A DNA stretch of 30,623 nt, from NCBI GenBank assembly GCA_964401865.1, contig CAYNZZ010000014.1, positions 1 through 30,623 on the forward strand, in the 5' to 3' direction. The stretch is from an uncultured Erysipelotrichaceae bacterium (GTDB taxonomy: Bacteria > Bacillota_I > Bacilli_A > Erysipelotrichales > Erysipelotrichaceae). Position numbers and translations under genes: made by a program. The notes beneath the pieces are model-generated. The model had not been told where the DNA came from, made no database searches, and saw only the letters and a program-made list of their open reading frames with translations. Positions 1-7,830 of the stretch are shown here, piece after piece (the stretch's first letter is position 1; every line of letters begins with the position of its first letter).

Positions 1-43
1 TCTTTAGAGTTGAGCCGGTATCAAGCCCTTATAGGGCGTGAAC

Positions 44-76
44 AAACTACCGGCTGAGCCGGTAGTTTTGATTTAT
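44..76. terminator. Stem-loop AAACTACCGGC-TGA-GCCGGTAGTTT with a T-run on the + strand, abutting the stop codon of the minus-strand ADH gene
   Basis: Perfect 11-bp inverted repeat at 44-54/58-68 followed by TTTTGATTTATT. In the minus direction the tail is only TTTGTT, so it is stronger as the terminator of an off-window + strand transcript. Confidence 0.6.
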
Positions 77-1248
77 TGTTCGCACATTTCGTATATTTTT
101 TCGACATCGCTTTCATTTAATGTCTTAAATCCTTTTATTACTCCTCCTTTAGCTAAGCAGGCTTTTTTAGCCATTTCCTTGAAATCATCGCTATTAATAC
201 TTAGCTCGGTAAAATTACTTTGAAGTTTTAATGTGTTATAAAAGAAGTCAGACAGTTTTTTAATACTTAATCTAGCAATTTCCATTGGTTCAAGATTTGA
301 ATCAATGCCAAAGACATTGGTTCCGAATTGAACATATTTGAAGACATTGTCATCATCTAAACAGTATTCCATCCATCTTGGAGTAAGAATAGCGAGTCCT
401 AAACCATGAGTAATATCATAAACGGCTGATAGTTGGTGCTCCATAGGGTGACAGCTCCAGCTATGTTTCTTTCCACCATTGATGAATCCATTGATTGCCC
501 ATGAAGATGTCCACATCAGATTGGCTCTAGCTTCATAATTAGTAGGATCTTTCATAGCAATGGGGGCGTACTTGATTACAGTTTTCATCATACCTTCGAT
601 AAAACAATCTAACATATATAAATCATCTTCACGATTGAAATAGACTTCAATTAAATGGCTTAATATATCAGCTGAACCACAGGCAGTTTGATATTCATTA
701 ACGGTGTATGTATTGGTTGGATCTAAAAATGAAACTTTTGGACGTAAAATATTAGATGCTCTTCCGATTTTATCTTTTGTTTCTAAGTTGCTGATAACTC
801 CGCCACCATTCATTTCTGAACCGGTTGCCGCTAATGTGAGTATGCTAATGATAGGAAGGGCCTTTTTGGGTTTGATATCAGTAGTGAAAAAATCCCACAC
901 ATCATGAGCGACGCAAGCTCCGGCGGCTATCCATTTTGAACAGTCAATTGTCGAACCTCCACCTATAGCTAATATGAGATCAATATTTTTATCCTTACAG
1001 ATTTGTACACCTTTTCTAACTGACTCCACTCTTGGATTGGGTTCGATGCCACTTAATTCAAAAACATCAATATCGGCTTTATTCAGTTCATTCATCACTT
1101 TATCGTATAGGCCAATCTTTTTAATTGAACCACCGCCGTAACATAAAAGGACTCTCTTGCCATATGTTTTTATTTCTTCGCTTAAATGGAATAGTTGATT
1201 ATCGCCGAAATATACTTTCGTTGGTGCTTGATAAGTAAAATTTCTCAT
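73..1248 (-). CDS. Iron-containing (group III) alcohol dehydrogenase, butanol dehydrogenase/YqhD-like
   Basis: 391-aa ORF with the GGGSTIDCSK nucleotide-binding motif and His-rich metal-site segments (SHLIEVYF, CHPMEHQLS). AAGGAG lies upstream of the ATG and a TATAAT lies at 1272-1277 (minus). Confidence 0.9.
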   Translation of the reverse strand: MRNFTYQAPTKVYFGDNQLFHLSEEIKTYGKRVLLCYGGGSIKKIGLYDKVMNELNKADIDVFELSGIEPNPRVESVRKGVQICKDKNIDLILAIGGGSTIDCSKWIAAGACVAHDVWDFFTTDIKPKKALPIISILTLAATGSEMNGGGVISNLETKDKIGRASNILRPKVSFLDPTNTYTVNEYQTACGSADILSHLIEVYFNREDDLYMLDCFIEGMMKTVIKYAPIAMKDPTNYEARANLMWTSSWAINGFINGGKKHSWSCHPMEHQLSAVYDITHGLGLAILTPRWMEYCLDDDNVFKYVQFGTNVFGIDSNLEPMEIARLSIKKLSDFFYNTLKLQSNFTELSINSDDFKEMAKKACLAKGGVIKGFKTLNESDVEKIYEMCEQ

Positions 1249-1300
1249 TGTTCTTATATCTCCTTGAATCCATTATACTAGATAAATTTATATAAATATT

Positions 1301-1318
1301 TATTAGTTTTAACTAACT
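1301..1318. promoter_or_regulatory. Operator-like palindrome copy 1 (TATTAGTTTTAACTAACT)
   Basis: Matches the perfect 18-mer at 1850-1867 at 15 of 18 positions. It lies in the divergent ADH/feoA intergenic region, just upstream of the ADH -10. Confidence 0.5.
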
Positions 1319-1323
1319 TTTTA

Positions 1324-1352
1324 TTGACTTTGATATGATGTTAGTTTAAACT
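1324..1352 (+). promoter_or_regulatory. Candidate sigma-A promoter of the feo operon (TTGACT-17 nt-TAAACT)
   Basis: The -35 TTGACT is at 1324-1329, followed by a 17-nt spacer and the -10-like TAAACT at 1347-1352. The -10 sits inside operator copy 2. Confidence 0.45.
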
Positions 1353-1356
1353 AATT
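1339..1356. promoter_or_regulatory. Operator-like palindrome copy 2 (TGTTAGTTTAAACTAATT)
   Basis: Matches the perfect copy at 16 of 18 positions. The core TTAGTTTAAACTAA is a perfect 14-bp palindrome and overlaps the candidate -10. Confidence 0.55.
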
Positions 1357-1357
1357 A

Positions 1358-1375
1358 TGTTAGATGTAACTAACA
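1358..1375. promoter_or_regulatory. Operator-like palindrome copy 3 (TGTTAGATGTAACTAACA)
   Basis: Both 6-bp arms (TGTTAG/CTAACA) are perfect and only the central 6 bp differ. It is one base from copy 2 and lies just before the feoA RBS. Confidence 0.5.
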
Positions 1376-1389
1376 AAAGGAGATTGCTT

Positions 1390-1599
1390 ATGCCATTAGG
1401 ATTAGGAAATTTAGGGGAATCATATACTATTTTAAAAATTCAAGGTCGAGATAAGATTATTAATCATTTAAAAAATCTTGGCTTTATCGAAAATGAGACT
1501 GTGTCCATTGTTTCTAGTATCAATGGTAATCTTATCGTAGAAGTAAAAGGTACTAGAGTTGCTCTTGATAAGAGTTTAGCTAATCGTATCATTGTTTAG
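1390..1599 (+). CDS. feoA: FeoA-family ferrous iron transport protein (copy 1)
   Basis: Small SH3-like FeoA-sized ORF directly upstream of a second feoA and feoB. I moved the start to the ATG at 1390 (AAAGGAG at 1376-1382, 7-nt spacer). The ORF-track start at 1357 lies inside operator copy 3 and has no RBS. Confidence 0.85.
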   Translation: MPLGLGNLGESYTILKIQGRDKIINHLKNLGFIENETVSIVSSINGNLIVEVKGTRVALDKSLANRIIV

Positions 1600-1614
1600 A
1601 AGGGAGCATTTTGC

Positions 1615-1833
1615 ATGACTTTAAAAGATGTGAAGCCAGGTATGACTGTTAAAGTTATAAAAATAAATGGTGAAGGTCCAATTAAGAGAAGAATTATGGA
1701 TATGGGTATTACTAAAGGTGTAGAACTATTTGTGAGAAAAGTTGCGCCATTGGGTGATCCGATCGAAATTAATTTAAGAGGATATGAGTTATCAATTCGC
1801 AAGTTTGATGCGGAAATGATAGAAGTTGCATAA
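1615..1833 (+). CDS. feoA: FeoA-family ferrous iron transport protein (copy 2)
   Basis: 72-aa ORF (MTLKDVKPGMTVKVIKI...) with an AAGGGAG RBS, positioned between feoA1 and feoB. Confidence 0.85.
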   Translation: MTLKDVKPGMTVKVIKINGEGPIKRRIMDMGITKGVELFVRKVAPLGDPIEINLRGYELSIRKFDAEMIEVA

Positions 1834-1849
1834 TTTTTATTTATATTTA

Positions 1850-1867
1850 TGTTAGTTTAAACTAACA
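1850..1867. promoter_or_regulatory. Operator-like palindrome copy 4, perfect 18-bp palindrome TGTTAGTTTAAACTAACA
   Basis: Identical to its own reverse complement. It lies in the 45-bp feoA2-feoB spacer, immediately 5' of the feoB RBS (AAGGAGGG). Confidence 0.55.
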
Positions 1868-1878
1868 AGGAGGGATAT

Positions 1879-4023
1879 ATGATTAAGATTGCATTGGCAG
1901 GTAACCCAAACTGTGGCAAGACTACACTTTTTAATTCCTTGACCGGTTCAAGACAAAGAGTTGGTAACTGGCCTGGGGTTACAGTTGAGAAAAAAGAAGG
2001 ATTATTAAAGGGCAGAGAAGATGTGGTAATTCAGGATTTGCCTGGTATTTATTCCCTTTCGCCATATACTTTAGAAGAAGTTGTGGCTAGAGAATATTTG
2101 GTTCATGATAAACCTGATGCCATAATTAATATTGTGGATGGAACAAATATCGAAAGGAGTTTCTATCTCACAAGTCAGTTATTAGAATTAGAAATACCAA
2201 TGATTATCGCTATCAATATGATGGATTTAGTAAAAAAGAATAACGATCATATTGATATTGAAAAATTATCAAAGGAATTAAATGTTGAGATGGTTGAGAT
2301 TTCTGCATTAAAAAATAGTAATTTGACATCAATGATTGATAAAGTGATAATGGCGAGCAAAGATAAAAAAATAAGTCATGTAAATATATATGATGGTGAA
2401 TTACTTAAAGCTTTAGAAAAAATAGGTACACTGATTAAAAATGATATAAATATTGAACAGGTTAATTATTACGCCGTAAAATTATTCGAGAGAGATGAAA
2501 AGATCAATGAAGAATTAAAACTAAATAAAAAGATTAGCGATGAAATAGATTTAATAATTAAAAAAACCGAGGATATTTATGACGATGATTCAGAGAGTAT
2601 TATTGCTTCTTCAAGATATGAATACATCGGTAAGCTGATTGAAAAGACGGTCAAAAAAGGAAAAAGTAAACACGAACTTAGTCTGTCTGACAAAATAGAT
2701 AAAATTATTACCAATCGCTTCTTGGCTCTTCCGATATTTGTTTTGGTTATGTTTGGGGTATATACCATAGCGATGGGTTCAACATCGATATCATTTGGCA
2801 CAATGGCGACGGATTGGGTTAATGATGTTTTTTTTGGTGAGATGGTTCCAGAATTTGTGGGAGGCTTACTAAGCACCTTAGGAGTTAGCGAAGCATTGTC
2901 ATCGTTAATTCTTGATGGCATAATCGCAGGTGTTGGTGCAGTTCTTGGTTTTGTACCACAGATTTTGGTTTTATTCTTGCTTCTTGCGATTATGGAAGAT
3001 TGCGGATATATGGCTAGAGTTGCCTTTATTATGGATAGAATATTCAGAAAATTCGGCTTATCTGGTAAAAGTTTCATTCCGATGTTGGTGGCGACGGGTT
3101 GTGGGGTTCCGGGTATTATGGCATCTAGAACTATCGAACAAGAACGCGATCGCAAGATGACTATCATTACAACCGGTTTTATTCCTTGCAGTGCTAAAAT
3201 GCCGATTATCGGTTTATTTGCAGGAGCTTTGTTTGGAGACAATCCTTTGGTGGCGACTTCGAGTTTCTTTATCGGCATTGCGGCAGTTGTGATATCTGGC
3301 ATTATTTTAAAGAAAACAAAACTGTTTGCTGGAGACGCTGCGCCATTTGTGATGGAACTGCCTGCCTATCATTTGCCTTCTTTATCAAATGTATTAAAGT
3401 CAACATTTGAAAAAGGGTGGTCATTCATTAAAAGGGCAGGAACTGTTATTTTATTGAGCTCTATTGTTTTGTGGTTTCTTCAAGGTTTTGGCTTTGTGGA
3501 TGGCAACTTTGTCATGGTCGAAGACAATAATATGTCGTTACTTGCAAGTATTGGTAATGCAGTTGCGTGGTTATTTTATCCGCTTGGTTGGATTGGTGAT
3601 ATGGCATGGAAGGCAACAGTTGCAACTTTCACTGGATTAATCGCTAAAGAAGAAGTGGTCAATACATTCGGTGTGTTGTATCATACAGCCAGCGAATTAT
3701 CAGAGGACGGACATGAGATATGGTCTTTGATAGCTCAAGATTTTACTTATTTATCAGCCTATAGTTTTATGATTTTTAATCTATTATGTGCACCATGTTT
3801 TGCAGCGATGGGAGCTATCAAGAAAGAGATGAATAGTGGTAAATGGACAATTTTCGCAATAGCTTATATGTGTATATTTGCCTATGTTATTTCAATGATA
3901 GTTTATCAAATCGGCGGAATAATTACTGGTGAGACAAGTTTTAACATATTTACATTAATTGCGATAATACTATTAATTACTTTGATTTATCTATTATTTA
4001 GAAAGGGGCATAAAAGCGAATGA
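1879..4023 (+). CDS. feoB: Ferrous iron transporter FeoB (N-terminal G domain plus polytopic membrane domain)
   Basis: 714 aa with the G1 motif GNPNCGKTTLFN, DLPGIYSL and NMMD, followed by a long hydrophobic C-terminal domain. Confidence 0.97.
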   Translation: MIKIALAGNPNCGKTTLFNSLTGSRQRVGNWPGVTVEKKEGLLKGREDVVIQDLPGIYSLSPYTLEEVVAREYLVHDKPDAIINIVDGTNIERSFYLTSQLLELEIPMIIAINMMDLVKKNNDHIDIEKLSKELNVEMVEISALKNSNLTSMIDKVIMASKDKKISHVNIYDGELLKALEKIGTLIKNDINIEQVNYYAVKLFERDEKINEELKLNKKISDEIDLIIKKTEDIYDDDSESIIASSRYEYIGKLIEKTVKKGKSKHELSLSDKIDKIITNRFLALPIFVLVMFGVYTIAMGSTSISFGTMATDWVNDVFFGEMVPEFVGGLLSTLGVSEALSSLILDGIIAGVGAVLGFVPQILVLFLLLAIMEDCGYMARVAFIMDRIFRKFGLSGKSFIPMLVATGCGVPGIMASRTIEQERDRKMTIITTGFIPCSAKMPIIGLFAGALFGDNPLVATSSFFIGIAAVVISGIILKKTKLFAGDAAPFVMELPAYHLPSLSNVLKSTFEKGWSFIKRAGTVILLSSIVLWFLQGFGFVDGNFVMVEDNNMSLLASIGNAVAWLFYPLGWIGDMAWKATVATFTGLIAKEEVVNTFGVLYHTASELSEDGHEIWSLIAQDFTYLSAYSFMIFNLLCAPCFAAMGAIKKEMNSGKWTIFAIAYMCIFAYVISMIVYQIGGIITGETSFNIFTLIAIILLITLIYLLFRKGHKSE

Positions 4024-4178
4024 TTGATGCAATTGTAATAATATTGATAATGTTAATATCTTCGCTAGCTATATCTTCTATTATTAAAAATAGACATAGT
4101 TGTAACGGCAATTGCAGCAATTGTGGAGCATGTAAGATTGATTTTGATAAAATAAAGCGAGAAATTAAAAAAGTGTAA
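4020..4178 (+). CDS. FeoB-associated Cys-rich small membrane protein (52 aa; absent from the ORF track)
   Basis: Hand translation gives MIDAIVIILIMLISSLAISSIIKNRHSCNGNCSNCGACKIDFDKIKREIKKV: one TM helix followed by C-x3-C-x2-C-x2-C. The start overlaps the feoB stop (ATGA at 4020-4023). Confidence 0.7.
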   Translation: MIDAIVIILIMLISSLAISSIIKNRHSCNGNCSNCGACKIDFDKIKREIKKV

Positions 4179-4201
4179 GAGTCTATCTTACGCTCAAAAA
4201 T

Positions 4202-4224
4202 AAAACCCTCATCAGAGGGTTTTT
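4202..4224. terminator. Bidirectional intrinsic terminator (AAAACCCTC-ATCA-GAGGGTTTT)
   Basis: GC stem flanked by an A-run and a T-run, placed between the convergent feo operon and the CofE-like gene. Confidence 0.8.
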
Positions 4225-4228
4225 AACA

Positions 4229-5419
4229 TTAGTTAGTATAGTTATCGAAATATCCTTGAACAAGAACGATAGGTGTACCTTTATCGCCTGAACCACTAGT
4301 TAAATCACATAACGAACCGATTAAGTCAGTTAATTGACGAGGTGTAGTACCTTGAGATGCCATGTTTCCTACTAAGTTTTTATCTTTATGCTTAATTGCC
4401 TCAGAAATGGCATTCTTCAATGCTTCACCACTTAAATCAGCATAGTCATTATCAGCTAAGTATTTTAACTTAAGTTCATTTGGTGTTCCAATTAAACCGT
4501 CAGTATAGGCAGGAGATACACATGGATCGGCAAGTTCCCAAATCTTTCCTTGAGGATCCTTGAAAGCTCCATCGCCATAAACCATAACTTCGACGTGTTT
4601 TCCGGTTATATTTAAAATATTTTCTTGAATTTTTAATACTAAGCCCTTACATTCCTTAGGGAATAGTTTAATAGAAGTTTCGGTAGATTTATTTGAACCT
4701 AAAATACCATATTTTTCGTTATAACCACTGCCATTAATACTTTCGTTCATTAAATCGTCTAATCCTAAAACGATTTCAGCGCCAGCCTCTTTTAGAATAC
4801 GTTTAGTTCTAGCACGTGAGTGAATATCACAAGTTAGAACTTTTTTAGTGTAGTTTAAGATAGTGCGAGGATTATTAGCGAAGATTACTTCGACTTCAGC
4901 CCCCATCTCTTTAATGATATTTGAATAGTATTCAACATAATCTACACCGGTAAATTCATGAATATTATTGCCGAATAATTCACGGTATTTTTCTAAAGTT
5001 AATACATCTGAATATGGATTGATATTAGCTTCATCCAATTGATCGTAAGTCAATAGAGCATTACCTACTTCATCGCTTGGGTAGCTTAACATTAATACAA
5101 TTTTGCGTACACCTGAAGCAATTCCTTTTAAGCAGATTGCAAAACGGTTGCGAGATAGGATAGGGAAAATAACGCCTATTGTGTCGTTACCGAATTTATT
5201 ACGCACATCCTTCCCAAGTGCTTCGATAGTTGCGTAATTTCCTTGTGATCTTGCAACTACTGATTCAGTAACAGCGATGACATCGCGATCTTTTAATTCA
5301 AAGTTTTCACTTTCACTCGCTTCGATTACGCTATTAGTTACGATAGAAGCTAAATCGTCTCCTTCACGAATAATGGGACATCTAACTCCTCTAGATACAG
5401 TACCAACTTTTCTTTCCAT
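4229..5419 (-). CDS. CofE-like (F420-0:gamma-glutamyl ligase family) protein, long form
   Basis: 396 aa. The N-terminus (RGVRCPIIREGDDLASIV...DRDVIAVTESVVARSQG) and C-terminus (LIGSLCDLTSGSGDKGTPIVLVQGY) resemble the CofE fold ends with a large insertion between them. AAGGAG RBS. Confidence 0.6.
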   Translation of the reverse strand: MERKVGTVSRGVRCPIIREGDDLASIVTNSVIEASESENFELKDRDVIAVTESVVARSQGNYATIEALGKDVRNKFGNDTIGVIFPILSRNRFAICLKGIASGVRKIVLMLSYPSDEVGNALLTYDQLDEANINPYSDVLTLEKYRELFGNNIHEFTGVDYVEYYSNIIKEMGAEVEVIFANNPRTILNYTKKVLTCDIHSRARTKRILKEAGAEIVLGLDDLMNESINGSGYNEKYGILGSNKSTETSIKLFPKECKGLVLKIQENILNITGKHVEVMVYGDGAFKDPQGKIWELADPCVSPAYTDGLIGTPNELKLKYLADNDYADLSGEALKNAISEAIKHKDKNLVGNMASQGTTPRQLTDLIGSLCDLTSGSGDKGTPIVLVQGYFDNYTN

Positions 5420-5678
5420 AATAGCTCCTTAAATGTTTTAAAAAACACTTTATAATTATATAAGAAAGTTTTTAAACAATAAAGATTTTTCATAAAATAT
5501 CATTCATTTTTTATCATTTTTGCCCCCTGATTATCAATACAATTGATCTTTTTGACTGTTTTTTAAGAATGCGTTGTCATAATAAATATTCGCTTCTAAT
5601 CATGTTTATATTGTATAGAAAGGATGCGAATAAAAATGTTAAAATCTAAATAAGTAGTTTGGAGAGTGAAGTGAAATA

Positions 5679-7169
5679 ATGATTGAAAGATCAGCTGGTA
5701 TTTTAATGCATATTACTTCTTTGCCTAGTCCACACGGCATTGGAACGATCGGTAAAGAAGCATTTGAGTTTGTTGACTTTTTAAAGTCTTCTAATATGCG
5801 TTATTGGCAGATTTTACCTATTTGCCCGCCAAGTGTTGGAAATTCGCCATATAGTGCTTATTCATCGTTTGCTGGCAATCCTTTGTTGATTGATCTTGAT
5901 CTGTTGATTGATGATGGACTTTTGGCTAAAGATGAAGTGAATGACATTAAATGGTATGAAGTAGATGATAAAGTCGATTTTGACTTAGTTATTAAAGGGA
6001 GACAGCAATTATTTAAATTGGTAGCTGAAAGATTTGATATTGGGAATGATGATTATCAGAATTTTATAGCTGATAATCAGGATTGGTTAGAAGATTATGC
6101 GACTTTTATGACTTTGAGTTCAATACATAATGATATGCATTGGTATGAGTGGGAAGATGAATTTAAGAATCCACACAGTGATTTAACGCAAAAAACAATT
6201 AAAGATAATTTAGAAATCTATCAATATCATTTGATTTTACAATATCTTTTTTATAAGCAATGGTTTCAATTGCTGGATTATGCTCATCAAAATGGAATCT
6301 TAATTATAGGTGACTTACCAATCTATGTTGGGCATAATTCTAGTGATGTCTATGGCAATCAAAAATTATTTAAAATTGGCTTAGATGGAATTCCGAGTGA
6401 AGTTTCAGGTGTACCACCAGATGCTTATGCAGTGGATGGTCAAAAGTGGGGCAACCCTTTATATGATTGGGATTATCATAAGGAAACTAATTATGAATGG
6501 TGGATTTCTAGAGTCGCCCATCATTTGGCTGTGCATGATGTTTTAAGAATAGATCATTTTAGAGGTTTTGATGCATATTTTTCTATCCCTTATGATGGCA
6601 TGGCAAAAGATGGTCATTGGGAAAAAGGGCCTGGTATTGAATTTTTTGATGCTTTGAAAGCTGAGTTAGGTGATATCGATCTAATTGCCGAGGATTTAGG
6701 CTACAAAACACCATCACTTCAATCCTTATTAGATCAAAGCACTTATCCAGGTATGAAAGTTTTAGAATTTGCTTTTAATTCAATGGATAATATGCCAAGC
6801 GAATACTTGCCACATCGTTATGATACTAATTGTATAGCTTATGTTGGGACACATGATAATGACACTTTGTTGGGATGGTTTAATAATGCTTATGAAGGCG
6901 ATAAAAAGTATGCCAAAGATTATTTTGGTGTAAAGAATGATGAAGATTTTGCAAGATTGGCGATTAAAGGATTATTGATGTCAAAAGCTAAACTAGTAGT
7001 AATTCAGGTTCAAGATATATTGGGTTTAGACTCATCATCACGAATGAACATTCCATCTGTTCCTAAAGGTAATTGGGTATGGCGAGCTAAAAAAGGTGTC
7101 TTTACTTATGATTTAGCTAATGATTTAGCATTGGAAATGAAATTATATGGTCGTGAAAATGTGAGATAA
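5679..7169 (+). CDS. malQ: 4-alpha-glucanotransferase (amylomaltase, GH77)
   Basis: 496 aa with SAGILMHITSLPS at the N-terminus and the catalytic segments LRIDHFRGF, IAEDLG and GTHDND. Confidence 0.95.
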   Translation: MIERSAGILMHITSLPSPHGIGTIGKEAFEFVDFLKSSNMRYWQILPICPPSVGNSPYSAYSSFAGNPLLIDLDLLIDDGLLAKDEVNDIKWYEVDDKVDFDLVIKGRQQLFKLVAERFDIGNDDYQNFIADNQDWLEDYATFMTLSSIHNDMHWYEWEDEFKNPHSDLTQKTIKDNLEIYQYHLILQYLFYKQWFQLLDYAHQNGILIIGDLPIYVGHNSSDVYGNQKLFKIGLDGIPSEVSGVPPDAYAVDGQKWGNPLYDWDYHKETNYEWWISRVAHHLAVHDVLRIDHFRGFDAYFSIPYDGMAKDGHWEKGPGIEFFDALKAELGDIDLIAEDLGYKTPSLQSLLDQSTYPGMKVLEFAFNSMDNMPSEYLPHRYDTNCIAYVGTHDNDTLLGWFNNAYEGDKKYAKDYFGVKNDEDFARLAIKGLLMSKAKLVVIQVQDILGLDSSSRMNIPSVPKGNWVWRAKKGVFTYDLANDLALEMKLYGRENVR

Positions 7170-7186
7170 GTGATGAATATATAAAT

Positions 7187-7210
7187 AAAACTCCATAATG
7201 GAGTTTTATT
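7187..7210. terminator. Bidirectional intrinsic terminator (AAAACTCCA-TAA-TGGAGTTTT)
   Basis: Perfect 9-bp stem with flanking A and T runs, placed between the convergent malQ and lipoprotein genes. Confidence 0.8.
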
Positions 7211-7221
7211 TATAACTTTAA

Positions 7222-7797
7222 CTATTTAAACAATTCAGTATAGATTTCTTTTAGATTTTCTTTTTCTTCATCAGTCATTTTTCTTTCGTGTGCGTCGTGG
7301 TCATCAACTGTTCCCAAATTGGCTTTTTTACTGATACCATTTTCAAACGTAATAACTAGCGGAACATATATTTGCTTATTTCCATCGTCATCTGCATCTT
7401 CAAATTCGCCAATGTATTTTAATATCTCGGCTTTTTCTTCGTCGGTATAATTAAGATTTCTTTCGCTGTCCCTAGTAGCGACATAGTATATTTTTTTATC
7501 CATACTGGCAGCAACTTCATTCATAATCGGTAAGGCTTCAATGCACCAAGGACAAGTTGAAAAACCAAAATAAATAATCCCTGATTCCTGGTTCTTGAAT
7601 TTATCTATTGCTTCTTGCATAGTTATTTCTTCAAAAACATTATTGCCATTCATAAATTCTTCGTAATCAAATTCTTCGTTTAGACAGCTATCTGATGTGA
7701 TATCACAATATGGAAGATTGTCATCATTTGTATTATTGGCGGTGTTGGTACAAGCGAATAGACAGAATGCCAGTAATAACAAAACTATTTTTTTCAT
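7222..7797 (-). CDS. Thioredoxin-fold lipoprotein (extracytoplasmic thiol-disulfide oxidoreductase-like)
   Basis: Signal peptide with a lipobox (LLLAFCLFAC|T), a CPWC active-site motif in FGFSTCPWCIE, and an AAGGAG RBS. Confidence 0.75.
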   Translation of the reverse strand: MKKIVLLLLAFCLFACTNTANNTNDDNLPYCDITSDSCLNEEFDYEEFMNGNNVFEEITMQEAIDKFKNQESGIIYFGFSTCPWCIEALPIMNEVAASMDKKIYYVATRDSERNLNYTDEEKAEILKYIGEFEDADDDGNKQIYVPLVITFENGISKKANLGTVDDHDAHERKMTDEEKENLKEIYTELFK

Positions 7798-7830
7798 TTT
7801 TTATCTCCTTTTTAATTAAAAGAAATTACA

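Noticed and set aside
1357-1389. N-terminal extension of feoA1 from the ORF-track start
   Set aside because: The ATG at 1357 sits inside operator copy 3 with no SD, whereas the ATG at 1390 has AAAGGAG at optimal spacing. For similar reasons I moved the ORF-track starts at 14547 (GTG inside the RBS), 25733 (GTG), 25803, 12091 (TTG) and 28442 (TTG).
1249-1389. Search for a canonical Fur box upstream of feoA
   Set aside because: I could not find a convincing match to TGATAAT-N-ATTATCA or to the 19-bp GATAATGATAATCATTATC. The repeated TGTTAG-N6-CTAACA palindrome is reported instead.
2577-3302. 241-aa minus-strand ORF (and the 76-aa + strand ORF at 2930-3160) inside feoB
   Set aside because: It lies entirely within the well-supported feoB coding region. 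The low-complexity composition is typical of a shadow frame opposite a membrane-protein gene, and it has no RBS.
5420-5678. Long (259-bp) AT-rich spacer before malQ, examined for a riboswitch, a cre site or an sORF
   Set aside because: I recognised no conserved riboswitch core. The cre-like stretch AGAATGCGTTGTCA has at least two mismatches in the conserved left half. A 26-codon ORF (MRCHNKYSLL...) has no RBS. The spacer probably contains only promoters.
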